Source: Bdellovibrionota bacterium FG-1
GTDB taxonomy: Bacteria > Bdellovibrionota > UBA1018
Length of the DNA stretch: 64,000 nucleotides
Assembly: GCA_051382295.1 (NCBI GenBank)
Contig: JBBCAW010000012.1
Span: 161,983 to 225,982 of the forward strand
Reading direction: 5' to 3'
Positions 1-9,996 of this stretch are shown one piece after another (position 1 is the first letter of the stretch; each line of letters begins with the position of its first letter). Both the position numbers and the translations under genes were made by a program. Under the pieces are notes generated by a model. The model saw nothing but the letters and a program-made list of their open reading frames with translations, searched no databases and was not told the DNA's origin.

Positions 1-2
1 AA

Positions 3-212
3 ACCTCCGAATTCAAGTTTCTCAAAAGCTTTATGCCCGAGCAGATGGGTGAGGCTGAGGTCCGCCAGCTGGTCGATTGGGCCGTTACCGAATCCAAAGC
101 TTCTTCGGCCAAAGAGATGGGCAATGTCATGAAGCTGTTGATGCCCAAAGTTCAGGGTAAGGCTGACGGCAAGCTCGTCAATCAGTTAGTCAAGGAGCGA
201 CTTGGCGGCTGA
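3..212 (+). CDS. yqeY: GatB/YqeY domain protein, C-terminal part (runs off window start)
   Basis: Manual translation of frame 3: ...FMPEQMGEAEVRQLVDWAVTESKASSAKEMGNVMKLLMPKVQGKADGKLVNQLVKERLGG*; typical YqeY C-terminus, upstream of dnaG. Confidence 0.9.
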   Translation, partial: TSEFKFLKSFMPEQMGEAEVRQLVDWAVTESKASSAKEMGNVMKLLMPKVQGKADGKLVNQLVKERLGG

Positions 213-224
213 GGCGGAGAAATT

Positions 225-2147
225 TTGAAAATCAGTCCAGAACTTTGTCAGAAGATCAAAGATGCCGTTAATATCTTAGAAGTGGTCGGAGAGCATGTTG
301 TTTTGCGTAAAACCGGCGCTAACAACGTAGGACTTTGCCCCTTTCATTCAGAACGAAGTCCCTCTTTTAGCGTGCACGAGGTAAAAGGCCTCTATCATTG
401 CTACGGCTGTAAAAAGAGCGGCGATCTGATTACGTTCGTCATGGAGATCCATGGAATCAATTTCCGAGAGGCGATTGAAGAGTTGGCGGAGCGTGCTCGG
501 ATTGCGCTTCCCCTTGATTGGTTTGGGAAAAACTCTTCGGATGATCCTGAAACTCAGCGTCGCCAAAAGGAGTATCGAGAAAAGCAGCACGTCCTTTTCA
601 AATTGAATCTCTTTGCCATGGCATTTTTCAGGCATCAGTTGCTCCAACTTCCAGGGGTCGAGCAGTATTTTCAGTCTCGAGGCGTGCCTCCGCAGGGGGA
701 TTTGGCCAAAAACTTTCGAGTGGGGGCGGCCGTTGCTGCGTGGGATGCCTTGGCTCGGCATATGGCTGAAAAAAAAGCTCCCCTGGCGCCTGCTGTTGAG
801 CTGGGCTTGATTCGCCCTTCCACCAAACAAACTCCGGGGTCGAGCGGGTATTTTGATTTATTTCGGAACCGGGCGATGTTTCCGATTATGGATATGCGAG
901 GGCGGGTGGCGGGTTTTGGGGGGCGTGCTTTGCCTTCGGATTCTCCAGACGAAGGCCCTAAGTATATGAATTCGCCGGAGTCTCCCGTTTTTCAGAAGGG
1001 TAAGCTCGCCTTTGGTCTCTTTCAGGCACAAAAGCATATTCGGGAACAAAATGAGTTGATTCTGGTTGAGGGGTATTTTGATGTGTTGGGTCTTCATGCA
1101 GCGGGTTTTCAAAATGTGGTTGCCACTTGCGGGACCTCTCTAACCCCCGATCATCTCCAGATTTTTAGACGTTTTGCCAAAAAAATCACCATTCTCTTTG
1201 ATGGGGATAAGGCAGGCGTGTCGGCTACCGCGAGAGCTATGGAGATCGGTCTCGATCACGGAATCATCTTACACGGTGCATGCCTGCCCGAGGAAATGGA
1301 TCCTGACGAGGTTTTGTTTGATCAAAATACGGGTCAGGCATTGCCTCAGGGGCGGGAGCAGATGCTGGATATTTTAGGAAAATCCCAGCCGCTTTTGGCT
1401 ACACGGTTGGCTCAAGAGGTTCTGGTCTCGGCGCAGGGCCCTGAGGCCAAAACCCGAGCGCTCAAAAATGTAGCTGGGTGGTTAGCTCGATACACTGACC
1501 CGGTTGGTCGAGAAATTTGGCTTCAGGAGGCGATGCGAGGGTTGGGAGTGAGTCATGCTTTACTGTCTCAGGCGATGGGCAAACCGGGGGGGGCAAATCC
1601 AAGTCCCGTGGCTGTGTCTCGGCCGGCTCCCCTGAGTAAACCTAAGGCGACCCCAGTTTCCAAGCGGGTAGGATCTTTGCAGCCTAGCGAAAAAACTTTG
1701 CTTCACGCCATGGCTTTAGGCGGGGTGTTTGCAGAGGCCTATGGTTTAGCCAGGGGCAAATTGCCACCGGAGTCAACCCTTGCTGATCTTTTTGATTATC
1801 CGCCGGCCCATGATTTTGTGGTGCGGCTATTGACAGAGCCCGGTGCATTGGAGCGGTTTCGAGTGGCCCCAGAGATTTTTTTAGATTCTGACCTTGAGGT
1901 TCAAATCCGCTCTACTCTTACGGAAGCATTGGTTTCTAAAGAGCCCCTTTTTGAAAAAGAAGACTTCCGAGTTGCCCTAGATCGGGCAATAGGTCGGCTG
2001 TGGGCACGTTTTTCGCATCGAATCAAGGCAGCTTTGGCCCAAGCAGAAGCTAAGCAGGACGCAGGGTTACATGCAGAACTGATGAAGGAATACCTTGACG
2101 TTCAGCGCAAAATAAAGGAGTTTATCAGCTTCTATGACGAAGCCTAA
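225..2147 (+). CDS. dnaG: DNA primase
   Basis: CHC2 zinc finger (CPFH...CYGC), [27 protein letters not shown] and FDGDKAG. Confidence 0.98.
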   Translation: MKISPELCQKIKDAVNILEVVGEHVVLRKTGANNVGLCPFHSERSPSFSVHEVKGLYHCYGCKKSGDLITFVMEIHGINFREAIEELAERARIALPLDWFGKNSSDDPETQRRQKEYREKQHVLFKLNLFAMAFFRHQLLQLPGVEQYFQSRGVPPQGDLAKNFRVGAAVAAWDALARHMAEKKAPLAPAVELGLIRPSTKQTPGSSGYFDLFRNRAMFPIMDMRGRVAGFGGRALPSDSPDEGPKYMNSPESPVFQKGKLAFGLFQAQKHIREQNELILVEGYFDVLGLHAAGFQNVVATCGTSLTPDHLQIFRRFAKKITILFDGDKAGVSATARAMEIGLDHGIILHGACLPEEMDPDEVLFDQNTGQALPQGREQMLDILGKSQPLLATRLAQEVLVSAQGPEAKTRALKNVAGWLARYTDPVGREIWLQEAMRGLGVSHALLSQAMGKPGGANPSPVAVSRPAPLSKPKATPVSKRVGSLQPSEKTLLHAMALGGVFAEAYGLARGKLPPESTLADLFDYPPAHDFVVRLLTEPGALERFRVAPEIFLDSDLEVQIRSTLTEALVSKEPLFEKEDFRVALDRAIGRLWARFSHRIKAALAQAEAKQDAGLHAELMKEYLDVQRKIKEFISFYDEA

Positions 2148-4017
2148 AGATACCCATCAGCCCTCGCAGGTAGCCTCTCCTCATGGCCTTCATGGCATCC
2201 CTCAGGGGAAGGCCCCGGAGGGCGGTTCATCGCTTCTCAAAAATAAAGAGATAAAAAAACTCATCGATATGGGTGTCCAGCGTGGATACCTCACTTTTGT
2301 CGAAGTGAATGAGCTTTTACCTCCTGAGGTCATCACGCCTGATGCAATTGATGAGGTGATGAGTCTTCTCGGTGAAAACGAGATTGAGGTCATTGATACT
2401 ACTAAACGCCCTAAAAGTGATGAAGAGTCGGAAGAAGAAGGCGAAGAGGCACCTCTGGGAATGGGAGCCGCCGGCCCTGAAGGGGGCGAAGCTGCGGAAA
2501 CTCCTGCTGTTGCCGAATATGCGCGTGGTGCCGATCCTGTTAAACTTTATTTAAAGAAAATGGGCAGCGTATCTTTGCTCACTCGTGAAGGCGAAGTGGA
2601 AATCGCTAAACGAATCGAAGAGGGCGAAGTTGAGATTTTGCGCGCGCTTTTAGCCTCCAAACTGGGGACGCTGGCGATTGTCGATTTGGGTGAGCGGCTC
2701 GAAACCGCCCGGACCAAAGTGAAAGACGTCATTCGCGGTGTGGATGAAGAAGTTTCAATTGATGACGAGAAAAAGTATTTAGATAAGGTTTTGAACGCGA
2801 TTTCCAAGGTTAAATCGCTTATGGCGGTTCAGGAAAAGGCCGACGAAAAGACGGACGGGCCAGACGGAAAAAAACCCGCAGCCAAGAAAAAAGAAGAGAT
2901 CGAAAAAGAATTCAAAAAGCGCGAAAAGCAAGTTGAAGCGGCCTTTCAGGATATTGCGTTTAACCGCAAGACGATCAATTTACTTTCGGCCAAGATCAAA
3001 GACTACTGGAAGCGTGGCAAAGATTTATTAGATGACCGCAAAAAAGTATACGACTTTTTGATCATCAAAGATGCCAAGCAGATGAAGCACATCATGGAAG
3101 TCTATCGGAAGGGATCCGACACTCATCCGGCTCTTTGTCGCGAGTACGATGTCACTGAGCATAAGTTAGCTAGCCTGATTTCGCAGGAAGATGAGATTGA
3201 AAAGAAAGTGTCCCGTCTTGAAGAAGAGGCGGGCATTGAGATCCTCGAACTCCGTCGTATTCATGACACCTTGACCATCGGTGAGCGTAAAGCTGACCAA
3301 GCGAAGAGCGAGTTGGTAGAGGCTAATCTTCGGCTGGTTGTTTCGATTGCAAAAAAATATACCAACCGTGGTCTTCAGTTTCTGGATTTAATTCAGGAAG
3401 GCAATATCGGTTTGATGAAGGCGGTCGATAAGTTCGAATACCGCCGCGGTTATAAGTTTTCGACTTATGCGACTTGGTGGATTCGGCAGGCGATTACTCG
3501 TGCCATTGCTGACCAGGCACGCACGATTCGAATTCCGGTTCATATGATTGAGACGATCAATAAGTTGATCCGCACTTCTCGGTTGCTGGTACAACAACTG
3601 GGCCGTGAACCGACTCCCGAGGAAGTGGCCGTCAAGATGGAGCTTCCGGTCGATAAGGTTCGTAAGGTTCTCAAAATCGCTAAAGAGCCGATCTCCCTTG
3701 AAACTCCAATCGGTGAAGAAGAAGATTCGTATCTGGGTGATTTTATTGAGGACAAAAAAATCATTAATCCGGCCGAAGCCGTGATGAATATTAATCTTTC
3801 TGAGCAAACTCGTAAGGTATTGGCTACTCTCACTCCTCGCGAAGAGAAGGTCCTGCGGATGCGGTTTGGTATCGGTGAAAAATCGGATCATACCCTTGAA
3901 GAAGTCGGACAGGACTTTTTTGTTACCCGCGAGCGTATTCGCCAGATTGAGGCCAAGGCGCTTCGTAAGCTACGACATCCATCGCGGGCTAAGTTGCTAA
4001 AAGCATTCGTAGATTAG
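2134..4017 (+). CDS. rpoD: RNA polymerase primary sigma factor sigma70
   Basis: Region 1.1, [53 protein letters not shown]. Confidence 0.99.
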   Translation: MTKPKDTHQPSQVASPHGLHGIPQGKAPEGGSSLLKNKEIKKLIDMGVQRGYLTFVEVNELLPPEVITPDAIDEVMSLLGENEIEVIDTTKRPKSDEESEEEGEEAPLGMGAAGPEGGEAAETPAVAEYARGADPVKLYLKKMGSVSLLTREGEVEIAKRIEEGEVEILRALLASKLGTLAIVDLGERLETARTKVKDVIRGVDEEVSIDDEKKYLDKVLNAISKVKSLMAVQEKADEKTDGPDGKKPAAKKKEEIEKEFKKREKQVEAAFQDIAFNRKTINLLSAKIKDYWKRGKDLLDDRKKVYDFLIIKDAKQMKHIMEVYRKGSDTHPALCREYDVTEHKLASLISQEDEIEKKVSRLEEEAGIEILELRRIHDTLTIGERKADQAKSELVEANLRLVVSIAKKYTNRGLQFLDLIQEGNIGLMKAVDKFEYRRGYKFSTYATWWIRQAITRAIADQARTIRIPVHMIETINKLIRTSRLLVQQLGREPTPEEVAVKMELPVDKVRKVLKIAKEPISLETPIGEEEDSYLGDFIEDKKIINPAEAVMNINLSEQTRKVLATLTPREEKVLRMRFGIGEKSDHTLEEVGQDFFVTRERIRQIEAKALRKLRHPSRAKLLKAFVD

Positions 4018-4088
4018 TCTTCGGCGGATACCTGAGGCTGGGGATTGCTATTCTACCAAAAAGCTAGATAATGATATGAGGCGATGGA

Positions 4089-4748
4089 GTGCCTTATATG
4101 CTCAAACTATCTTTTCGTGTGTTGCGTCGTTGGCTTTTTTTTGGGAGTGCCGTCGCGCTGATTTGGAGTGCGGACTCGTCTGCAGGAATGAGGACGTCCC
4201 TCCTGGGTGTCTTCGATTATTCGCTACCCACTGGCATAATGGCTGGAAGCCCCATTACAGGCTCTGTGGGTGGTTCGGCTTTTGGTGGAGGGTTGACCTT
4301 CGAATTGAACTTATTTCGTAGGTTGAGTTTTGAGGTGGGTGCTCTTTATTATGAACAGCGTTTTAAGGATACCTCTGGAACTTTGGTTTCTTATGCGGTG
4401 CTGGATGTTCCGGTGAACTTTAGGTTTTGGTTGAGTCGTCTTTTGTTCGTGTCACTCGGGGGCTACGCCTCATTTGGTATCGATGGGGTGACTGAAACCT
4501 CGTCAGCCGGAGTGGTTGCTACCGGGGTTCTTGCGGATGCGGCGTTGAATAATAGCATTTATGGCGTTTTCGCTGGAATGGGATTCAACTTTCCAATTGC
4601 CCGTAGTGTGGCCTTTCGTCTTGAAGGACGTTATCGATACGCCTTATCAAATTTCTTTTCGACCGGCACGGTTGCCAGCGATTCGACGGCCTTTCTTAGA
4701 ATTTCAGATGCGCAGATCCTCGCAGGCCTGACTATTGGTGGTTATTAA
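4089..4748 (+). CDS. Outer-membrane beta-barrel protein
   Basis: Signal peptide-like N-terminus, alternating aromatic/hydrophobic beta-strands (LDVPVNFRFW, FRLEGRYRY), aromatic C-terminal residue. Confidence 0.65.
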   Translation: MPYMLKLSFRVLRRWLFFGSAVALIWSADSSAGMRTSLLGVFDYSLPTGIMAGSPITGSVGGSAFGGGLTFELNLFRRLSFEVGALYYEQRFKDTSGTLVSYAVLDVPVNFRFWLSRLLFVSLGGYASFGIDGVTETSSAGVVATGVLADAALNNSIYGVFAGMGFNFPIARSVAFRLEGRYRYALSNFFSTGTVASDSTAFLRISDAQILAGLTIGGY

Positions 4749-4808
4749 GACGAACCTTGAATTTTGTTTCAGGCTGAAATACGGTCACTCCCAGAAGATG
4801 TGGTAAGT

Positions 4809-4885
4809 GGACCCTTAGCTCAGCTGGTTAGAGCTTCCCGCTCATAACGGGGTGGTCCCCGGTTCAAGTCCGGGAGGGTCCACCA
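4809..4885 (+). tRNA. tRNA with CAT anticodon, most likely tRNA-Ile2 (lysidine type)
   Basis: Cloverleaf with GGACCCT/AGGGTCC acceptor stem, loop CTCATAA, TTCAAGT T-loop and encoded CCA; acceptor stem resembles Ile2 tRNAs and lacks the initiator C1:A72 mismatch. Confidence 0.9.
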
Positions 4886-4929
4886 CTAAAAGGTATCAAG
4901 GTACTTTTTGATGCTAGGTGCGGCATTTC

Positions 4930-5471
4930 TTAGTGCTGAGGCAAAGCTGGAGCTTTCTGCGGCGCCAGTTTGCCGTTGAGACTATTTAGAAAGGCGACAA
5001 TGTCTTTCACTTCCTGCTCTACCAAGTGGTGGTCGGGCATTCCCATTTCAACAGGGTTGACTATCGGGCCTTTGGCTTGCTCTTCGAGGCTCGGTGCGCG
5101 TCCGTCCCAAAATTGCACAGACCGAAACGCGGCATTGAGAACCGTTGGCGAATTGCGACCGCCCAGCTTTCCTTCGTGCCCGGTGGAGAGGGGTTTTCCA
5201 TCTGTTCCCCCCGTGGATGAAGTCACATCATGACAATAATTACATGAAAGCGATTGATTAACAGAAAGACGCTTCTCAAAAAAAGTTTGTGTCCGAGTGC
5301 CACTTTTTCAGGCGTCAAAGGATTATCCGCCGGACTGGGCACCTGCGTCGGAAACAGAACGCGAATACCTTGCATCTCGGTTTGGGCGGGAGCCGTCAGC
5401 GCATTGAGCAATCCAGTGACGACTACAAAAGCAAGGCAATACGGCCGATAGCAAGTGTTCGTGAAGGTCAT
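4930..5471 (-). pseudogene. Cytochrome c peroxidase (MauG/CcpA family), frameshifted and internally deleted
   Basis: DNPLTPEKVALGHKLF; adding one base to the 7-nt homopolymer at 5278-5284 restores LFFEKRLSVNQSLSCNYCHD...RNSPTVLNAA...QFWDGRAPSLEEQAKGP, which jumps straight to the C-terminal IVAFLNSL with the second heme domain absent. Confidence 0.85.
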
Positions 5472-5523
5472 GTCGCGCTTAAAATCTGAAGATGCAAATG
5501 AAAAGCGAGACTGACGTCCGTAG

Positions 5524-6447
5524 TTATTCTTGCGCGATGTTTCTCGCCTCAGTTGGACGAATTTGATCGGCCAGACTAAGGATTGTTGAGACGTAGGCTT
5601 CGCTATGATTGTATTCTTTCAGTGCTTGTCTTTGAAGGGGGGCTTCCTTTCCCCAACCATGAGAACTTAAAAAATTTCCTACGCTCCGAATTGCATCACG
5701 CGTGTTGAAGAGATTGATTGGATTATTTGGGGTTCGGCCTTTGGCCCATTTGAGGTAACTGCTCGGAATAAATTGCGGTATTCCGAACGCGCCGGCGTAT
5801 GATCCTTTGGTGTGAAAGAGATTGGTCAGGTGCCTGGCCTGAATCTCTTCGATAGCCATGAGTTCGTTGGTGGCCCACTCCGCTTTTTTTGCCGAAACAG
5901 TCTTCACTTTTTCAACGAGTTGGGGGTATTGAGGATCCGTTGCCGGAATTTCCTCACGCAAGACTTCTAATGTTTTTTCGATCATGGCGGGTTGGTCAGC
6001 CATGGCAAGATTAAGGAAAACACTGGGTAAATGGTATTTTCCAGTCATTTTTCCGTGTCTGGTTTCAACCCAAAGTAGGGCTGCAATCACCTCGGGGCGA
6101 ACGCCATTTTCTTTTTCAATTTGGACTAGAAGTCTATTGTTGATGTGTAAAAAAATTTTGCATTTATGGATGGCGGTATCGTCGATATGGCCGGAGTAAT
6201 CGGGCTTGAGGCGAAAACCGAAAACATTACCCAGGACTACGCGTTCTTGGATTCGTGAGTCGACGCGGGCTTTCAGTTGGCGAATGAATTTTGGCTTTGC
6301 ACCTTTGGCCTCAAGTTTTTGAAGGGCATAGCTGTAGTCGAGTTTAACGATTGGGGCCGGAGTATTTTTGGATTTGGCCCAAAGGTTGGTCCCATCTAAT
6401 GAAAGCAAAATGGAAATCAGAAAGAGAGAAAACTTTTTCTTTACCAC
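5524..6447 (-). CDS. Lytic murein transglycosylase (MltB/SLT_2 family)
   Basis: IAALLWVETRHG catalytic Glu motif, GSYAGAFGIPQFIPSSY, DAIRSVGNFL, YNHSEAYV; signal peptide. Confidence 0.9.
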   Translation of the reverse strand: MVKKKFSLFLISILLSLDGTNLWAKSKNTPAPIVKLDYSYALQKLEAKGAKPKFIRQLKARVDSRIQERVVLGNVFGFRLKPDYSGHIDDTAIHKCKIFLHINNRLLVQIEKENGVRPEVIAALLWVETRHGKMTGKYHLPSVFLNLAMADQPAMIEKTLEVLREEIPATDPQYPQLVEKVKTVSAKKAEWATNELMAIEEIQARHLTNLFHTKGSYAGAFGIPQFIPSSYLKWAKGRTPNNPINLFNTRDAIRSVGNFLSSHGWGKEAPLQRQALKEYNHSEAYVSTILSLADQIRPTEARNIAQE

Positions 6448-6489
6448 TTTATCAGTCTATCGGAATGAACCTCTTGGTCAATCCTTGTT

Positions 6490-8046
6490 CTACCAATTGC
6501 CCAATTCGGTGGGTGACGGCGTGACCCAAAGAGCGGATCCTGAACTGGATTTTCGAAATTCAATCCAGGGTGATTGAATACCTTCAGTCTGCGATCGAGG
6601 AATTGCCGCCCATTTTTCGGCTTCGGGATTTAAAAGGAGAATGTCGTCAGGGTTTTGACGAAAAGCGTGGCCTGCTTGAAATGCAGGAAGGGTGAGAGGG
6701 TCCATTGGACAAAGCACCACAAAGTGTCCGTTGGGGTGAATCATCAGACGGCCTCTGTCGGGGACAAGGTCAGTCACCCACTCAGGCAGGGGGGGCCAAG
6801 CTTTTGGACCGGCCGGAGTGAGGCCATCTGTGTTGTCCGTCGGAATCTGCAAACTGCGCGAATACCGCAAAAGCACGGCGCTATTGAGCGAAGGCTTTTG
6901 AGCCTTCATCAGCGCGAGGGTTCCGGCGAGCAAAGCGCTAGCCGTGGATGAACCTCTGACCGTGGTACCATTCGAAAACGAAACCACTGAAGCATCGATG
7001 ACGACATCGGGTTTGATTCGACCGTCTGCAGTCATTCCACGAGAGGAGATAGTAAAATCCTCCCCCACAGTTAATACGTTTGGATTATCCGCTGGGGCAA
7101 AGATTTCGGCTGAGGACGTGGGATTCGTTAGCGTCGCAGAACCCGGTTGGCGGGGTTCAAGAAGAACTCGAAATCGGTCGTTTGCTTCAAAGTTGCCTGA
7201 CTTATCCTGAACAGAAATGCGGTAGGTGCCTCGTTCCAAGCTTTGTAACGTGAGCGACTCGCGGGCGTAGCTCGATAACGACGAAGTACCGGAAGCGGGG
7301 GGAGCTTCGCCTCTTTGAATGAGCTCTGATTTTGCTACAACTTTATTTTGGCTATCGTAGACATACAGGTCGAGGTCTTTATTGGTGCTGTAATTTTCGG
7401 AGGCGCGAAAATCGGTCCAGCTGAGGGTAATAGTGATTTCGTTTTCATCTAGAGTGTTTTTGAATTCAATGTCAGTGTTTGGAGCGATCTTTGCCTCGTG
7501 GACCATCTCGCCAAAATTACCTGCGGCATTAATCCAGACGACGCCCGCTTGAGTCGCTTTGTTGACCGCTTCGTTGATAAAACCCGTGCCATCAAAATTA
7601 CTTCCGAAAGGCCAAACTTGGGCATAGAGGACGATATCGATGTGTTCTTGGAGAACAAAATCGACTGCAGCCTTAAAGTTGGTAAATCCATTGGTGTTGA
7701 CGAGGTAAAAGTGTGGGCCTTCGGGGTGCTTGCCCGTCATTGCCCAAACGATTTCGGCCATTCCAAGTCCGTGATTGCTGGGCGCCTGAGCGTTTCCTGG
7801 GCCAGCGACAAAAATCGCCGACTCTGGAAGTTGTCCTTTTCCAGAGTCAAAACCAGAAAAGCCATTATCTAATATCGCAATCTTCAGGGCTGAGAGCGAA
7901 GAGGGTGGGGGTGTGTAGAGCTGCAGCCCTAACTGTTCCCTTAAATGGGCGATGTTGGTGATTTCAGTTGCACCATGAGCATCGGGCAGTCCCACACACG
8001 ACAAGACCCCAAAAACGAAAGAAAGAATCGGATAGCGAAACATCAT
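6490..8046 (-). CDS. Secreted S8 (subtilisin-like) serine peptidase
   Basis: Triad IAILDNGF / HGLGMA / GSSTAS, oxyanion AAGN, GRIKPDV, inserted PPC-like beta domain (DLDLYVYD); signal peptide. Confidence 0.88.
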   Translation of the reverse strand: MMFRYPILSFVFGVLSCVGLPDAHGATEITNIAHLREQLGLQLYTPPPSSLSALKIAILDNGFSGFDSGKGQLPESAIFVAGPGNAQAPSNHGLGMAEIVWAMTGKHPEGPHFYLVNTNGFTNFKAAVDFVLQEHIDIVLYAQVWPFGSNFDGTGFINEAVNKATQAGVVWINAAGNFGEMVHEAKIAPNTDIEFKNTLDENEITITLSWTDFRASENYSTNKDLDLYVYDSQNKVVAKSELIQRGEAPPASGTSSLSSYARESLTLQSLERGTYRISVQDKSGNFEANDRFRVLLEPRQPGSATLTNPTSSAEIFAPADNPNVLTVGEDFTISSRGMTADGRIKPDVVIDASVVSFSNGTTVRGSSTASALLAGTLALMKAQKPSLNSAVLLRYSRSLQIPTDNTDGLTPAGPKAWPPLPEWVTDLVPDRGRLMIHPNGHFVVLCPMDPLTLPAFQAGHAFRQNPDDILLLNPEAEKWAAIPRSQTEGIQSPWIEFRKSSSGSALWVTPSPTELGNW

Positions 8047-8102
8047 TGAGCACCCCAGATGGGGAGTAGATAGCTCTAATGACTTGTTGCGTCAAGACAA
8101 AA

Positions 8103-8531
8103 TCAATACCAGTAATAGTAGTAGTAGCTATAGCCTCGGGAGTACCAGCTGTAAGAGGGGTAGTAATTCCAAGTGTAGCCGGCTCTCCAGTAACTGTAAT
8201 AATAGCTGCCGATGTAGGATGGAGCGTACCAATAGTACCAAGCTTCGCTCGACGAGCTGCGATCAAGTTCGCTGGAAGGTGCGACTTTTGCGATCCGGTT
8301 CTCATCTTTGGCAAATTGGGTTGCCGCTTCGGAGGCCTGGGCGTCACTGTTCACTTTTGCCGATACATCAGCTTTAAAAAACTCGACCGTGCCGCTGGCG
8401 TCTTTGCGAACCACTAGCCCATGAGGGGCTGCGGCACTGGTGCGATCCAATTCACTACTGGCAAATACTGATGCAGCTCCCAAGGTTGAGAGGATGAACA
8501 TCGTCAAAGTTCCAATTTTAGTCAGGCTCAT
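8103..8531 (-). CDS. Secreted precursor-like protein with a Tyr/Trp-rich C-terminal tail (142 aa)
   Basis: GAAGGAG RBS before ATG 8531; Sec signal ending VFA; SSELDR occurs twice; last 45 aa contain 20 Tyr and 6 Trp. Confidence 0.85.
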   Translation of the reverse strand: MSLTKIGTLTMFILSTLGAASVFASSELDRTSAAAPHGLVVRKDASGTVEFFKADVSAKVNSDAQASEAATQFAKDENRIAKVAPSSELDRSSSSEAWYYWYAPSYIGSYYYSYWRAGYTWNYYPSYSWYSRGYSYYYYYWY

Positions 8532-8692
8532 GGTAACAACTCCTTCAAAATAGGCACCCAAAAGTGTCTAGAAATATTCAATGAGCACTCGATAATATGT
8601 TTGGCAGCATTTGGCAAGTAAAACGAAATAGCGCAACGCGTCAATTTAAGGAAAGTTGCTTTTGTACGGCGATTGAGTCATCTTCACTGACG

Positions 8693-9766
8693 ATGCCGAA
8701 TCAGCCGAAAATCAAACTGTTTCGTCAGGACGGGTGCCTGTCCTATTTTATTTTTGATCCGGGCTCGCGAGAGCTGATGGTGATCGATGCGCGCGCCGAT
8801 TTGATGGAATCCTATCGGACCGTGATTGCTGAAGACCGTCTTAAGCCCGTGTACTTTGTAGACACAAGACTTCACTCTCATCACCTTTCGGGAACCCATC
8901 TTTTGGCCGCTGAATTTGGCGCGCCCATTGCCATGGGGGCGAAAACGAAGTCGGCTCGGCCGACCAGGTTATGGGTCGATCGCGAGAAGATTCGCTTGGG
9001 CGAATATGAATTGGAAGTCATCGAGTTGCCGGGCATTTCTGCTGACGCCATTGGGTTGTTTTTGAATTCGCAGATTCTTTTTTGTGGAGACGCAGTCCAT
9101 CTTGGGGCGTCTGCCCGGCTGGACTTGTCCGGGACGGATCCTGCTGCGTTTTGGCATACTTTGAAAAAGGGAGTCGGCTCACTTCCCGAAGAGACCCTTT
9201 TGATGCCCGCGCATGAGGCGGATGGCCGGATATTTTCCACGATAAAAATGGAGAAAGAAAAAAATCCAGACTGGAAGATGGCTGATTTGGAAGCCTTTTT
9301 ACGATTTAAGGCCGAGGAGCGTGGCAGGTTGGATGGCGCAATTCAGAATCGCATCGATTACAATTTGCAAAAAATGCCCCTAGAAACCCAAGAAAGCCAT
9401 TTTGGCGGAGTGGCCAATCATGTGGGGAATGGGGAAAATGGAAATCGGGTCGCCACGATCAGCGTGGATAAATTAGCGCAAAAGCTGAAGAAACAATCTT
9501 CTGGGGTTTGTTATTTGGATGTTCGCGAACCGAGCGAATATGCGGAGGGGCATATTGAAGGGACTCTTCATATTCCGCTTGCGGAGGTGGCCCTTCATCT
9601 TGAGGAGCTTCGGTCTTTGTGTCGCATTTATGTGATCTGTCGAAGTGGTCGACGAAGCGAGGCCATTGCGAAAACCCTGGATTATCTTGGATTTCCAGAT
9701 GTGGTGAATGTCACGGGCGGAATTCAGGCCTGGGAAAACGCCGGGTATCAGCTTAAGACAAAGTAG
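8693..9766 (+). CDS. MBL-fold (persulfide dioxygenase-like) domain fused to rhodanese; MBL metal site degenerate
   Basis: GCLSYFI, DTRLHSHHLSG, FCGDA, PAHE; C-terminal LDVREPSEY...GHIEG...CRSGRRS...GGIQAW. Confidence 0.85.
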   Translation: MPNQPKIKLFRQDGCLSYFIFDPGSRELMVIDARADLMESYRTVIAEDRLKPVYFVDTRLHSHHLSGTHLLAAEFGAPIAMGAKTKSARPTRLWVDREKIRLGEYELEVIELPGISADAIGLFLNSQILFCGDAVHLGASARLDLSGTDPAAFWHTLKKGVGSLPEETLLMPAHEADGRIFSTIKMEKEKNPDWKMADLEAFLRFKAEERGRLDGAIQNRIDYNLQKMPLETQESHFGGVANHVGNGENGNRVATISVDKLAQKLKKQSSGVCYLDVREPSEYAEGHIEGTLHIPLAEVALHLEELRSLCRIYVICRSGRRSEAIAKTLDYLGFPDVVNVTGGIQAWENAGYQLKTK

Positions 9767-9928
9767 CTTTGATTTTACAAATCACAGCGATGAATGCCAT
9801 CAACTGCCGCACCTAGGCAGCAAATGCCACTTGCTCAAAGAATGAGCTCACAGCGATGTGGGTATTCACTCCTTAGATAGGGTTGCTTGGTTAGTTTATA
9901 CTGTAAAAATATATACTTACGCATTAAC

Positions 9929-9957
9929 TTGACATAAATGGTCCAGTAATGTAACTT
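9929..9957 (+). promoter_or_regulatory. Putative sigma70 promoter of the repeat-containing protein
   Basis: TTGACA-17 nt-TAACTT in an AT-rich intergenic region. Confidence 0.5.
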
Positions 9958-9996
9958 GCCTCAGCTTTAGAGATTCTTAAGCCATTGAGGTGAGAT

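Noticed and set aside
4809..4885. Initiator tRNA-fMet, or an island attachment site
   Set aside because: G1:C72 is paired and the anticodon stem lacks the GGG/CCC run; I found no duplicated tRNA 3' end or integrase in the window.
7964..8417. Alternative-frame ORFs over the Tyr-rich gene
   Set aside because: Only the 8531 start has a strong RBS and signal peptide; the others are overlapping shadows.
8582..8608. CIRCE operator
   Set aside because: Only one half-site-like TGAGCACTC; no matching second arm 9 nt away.
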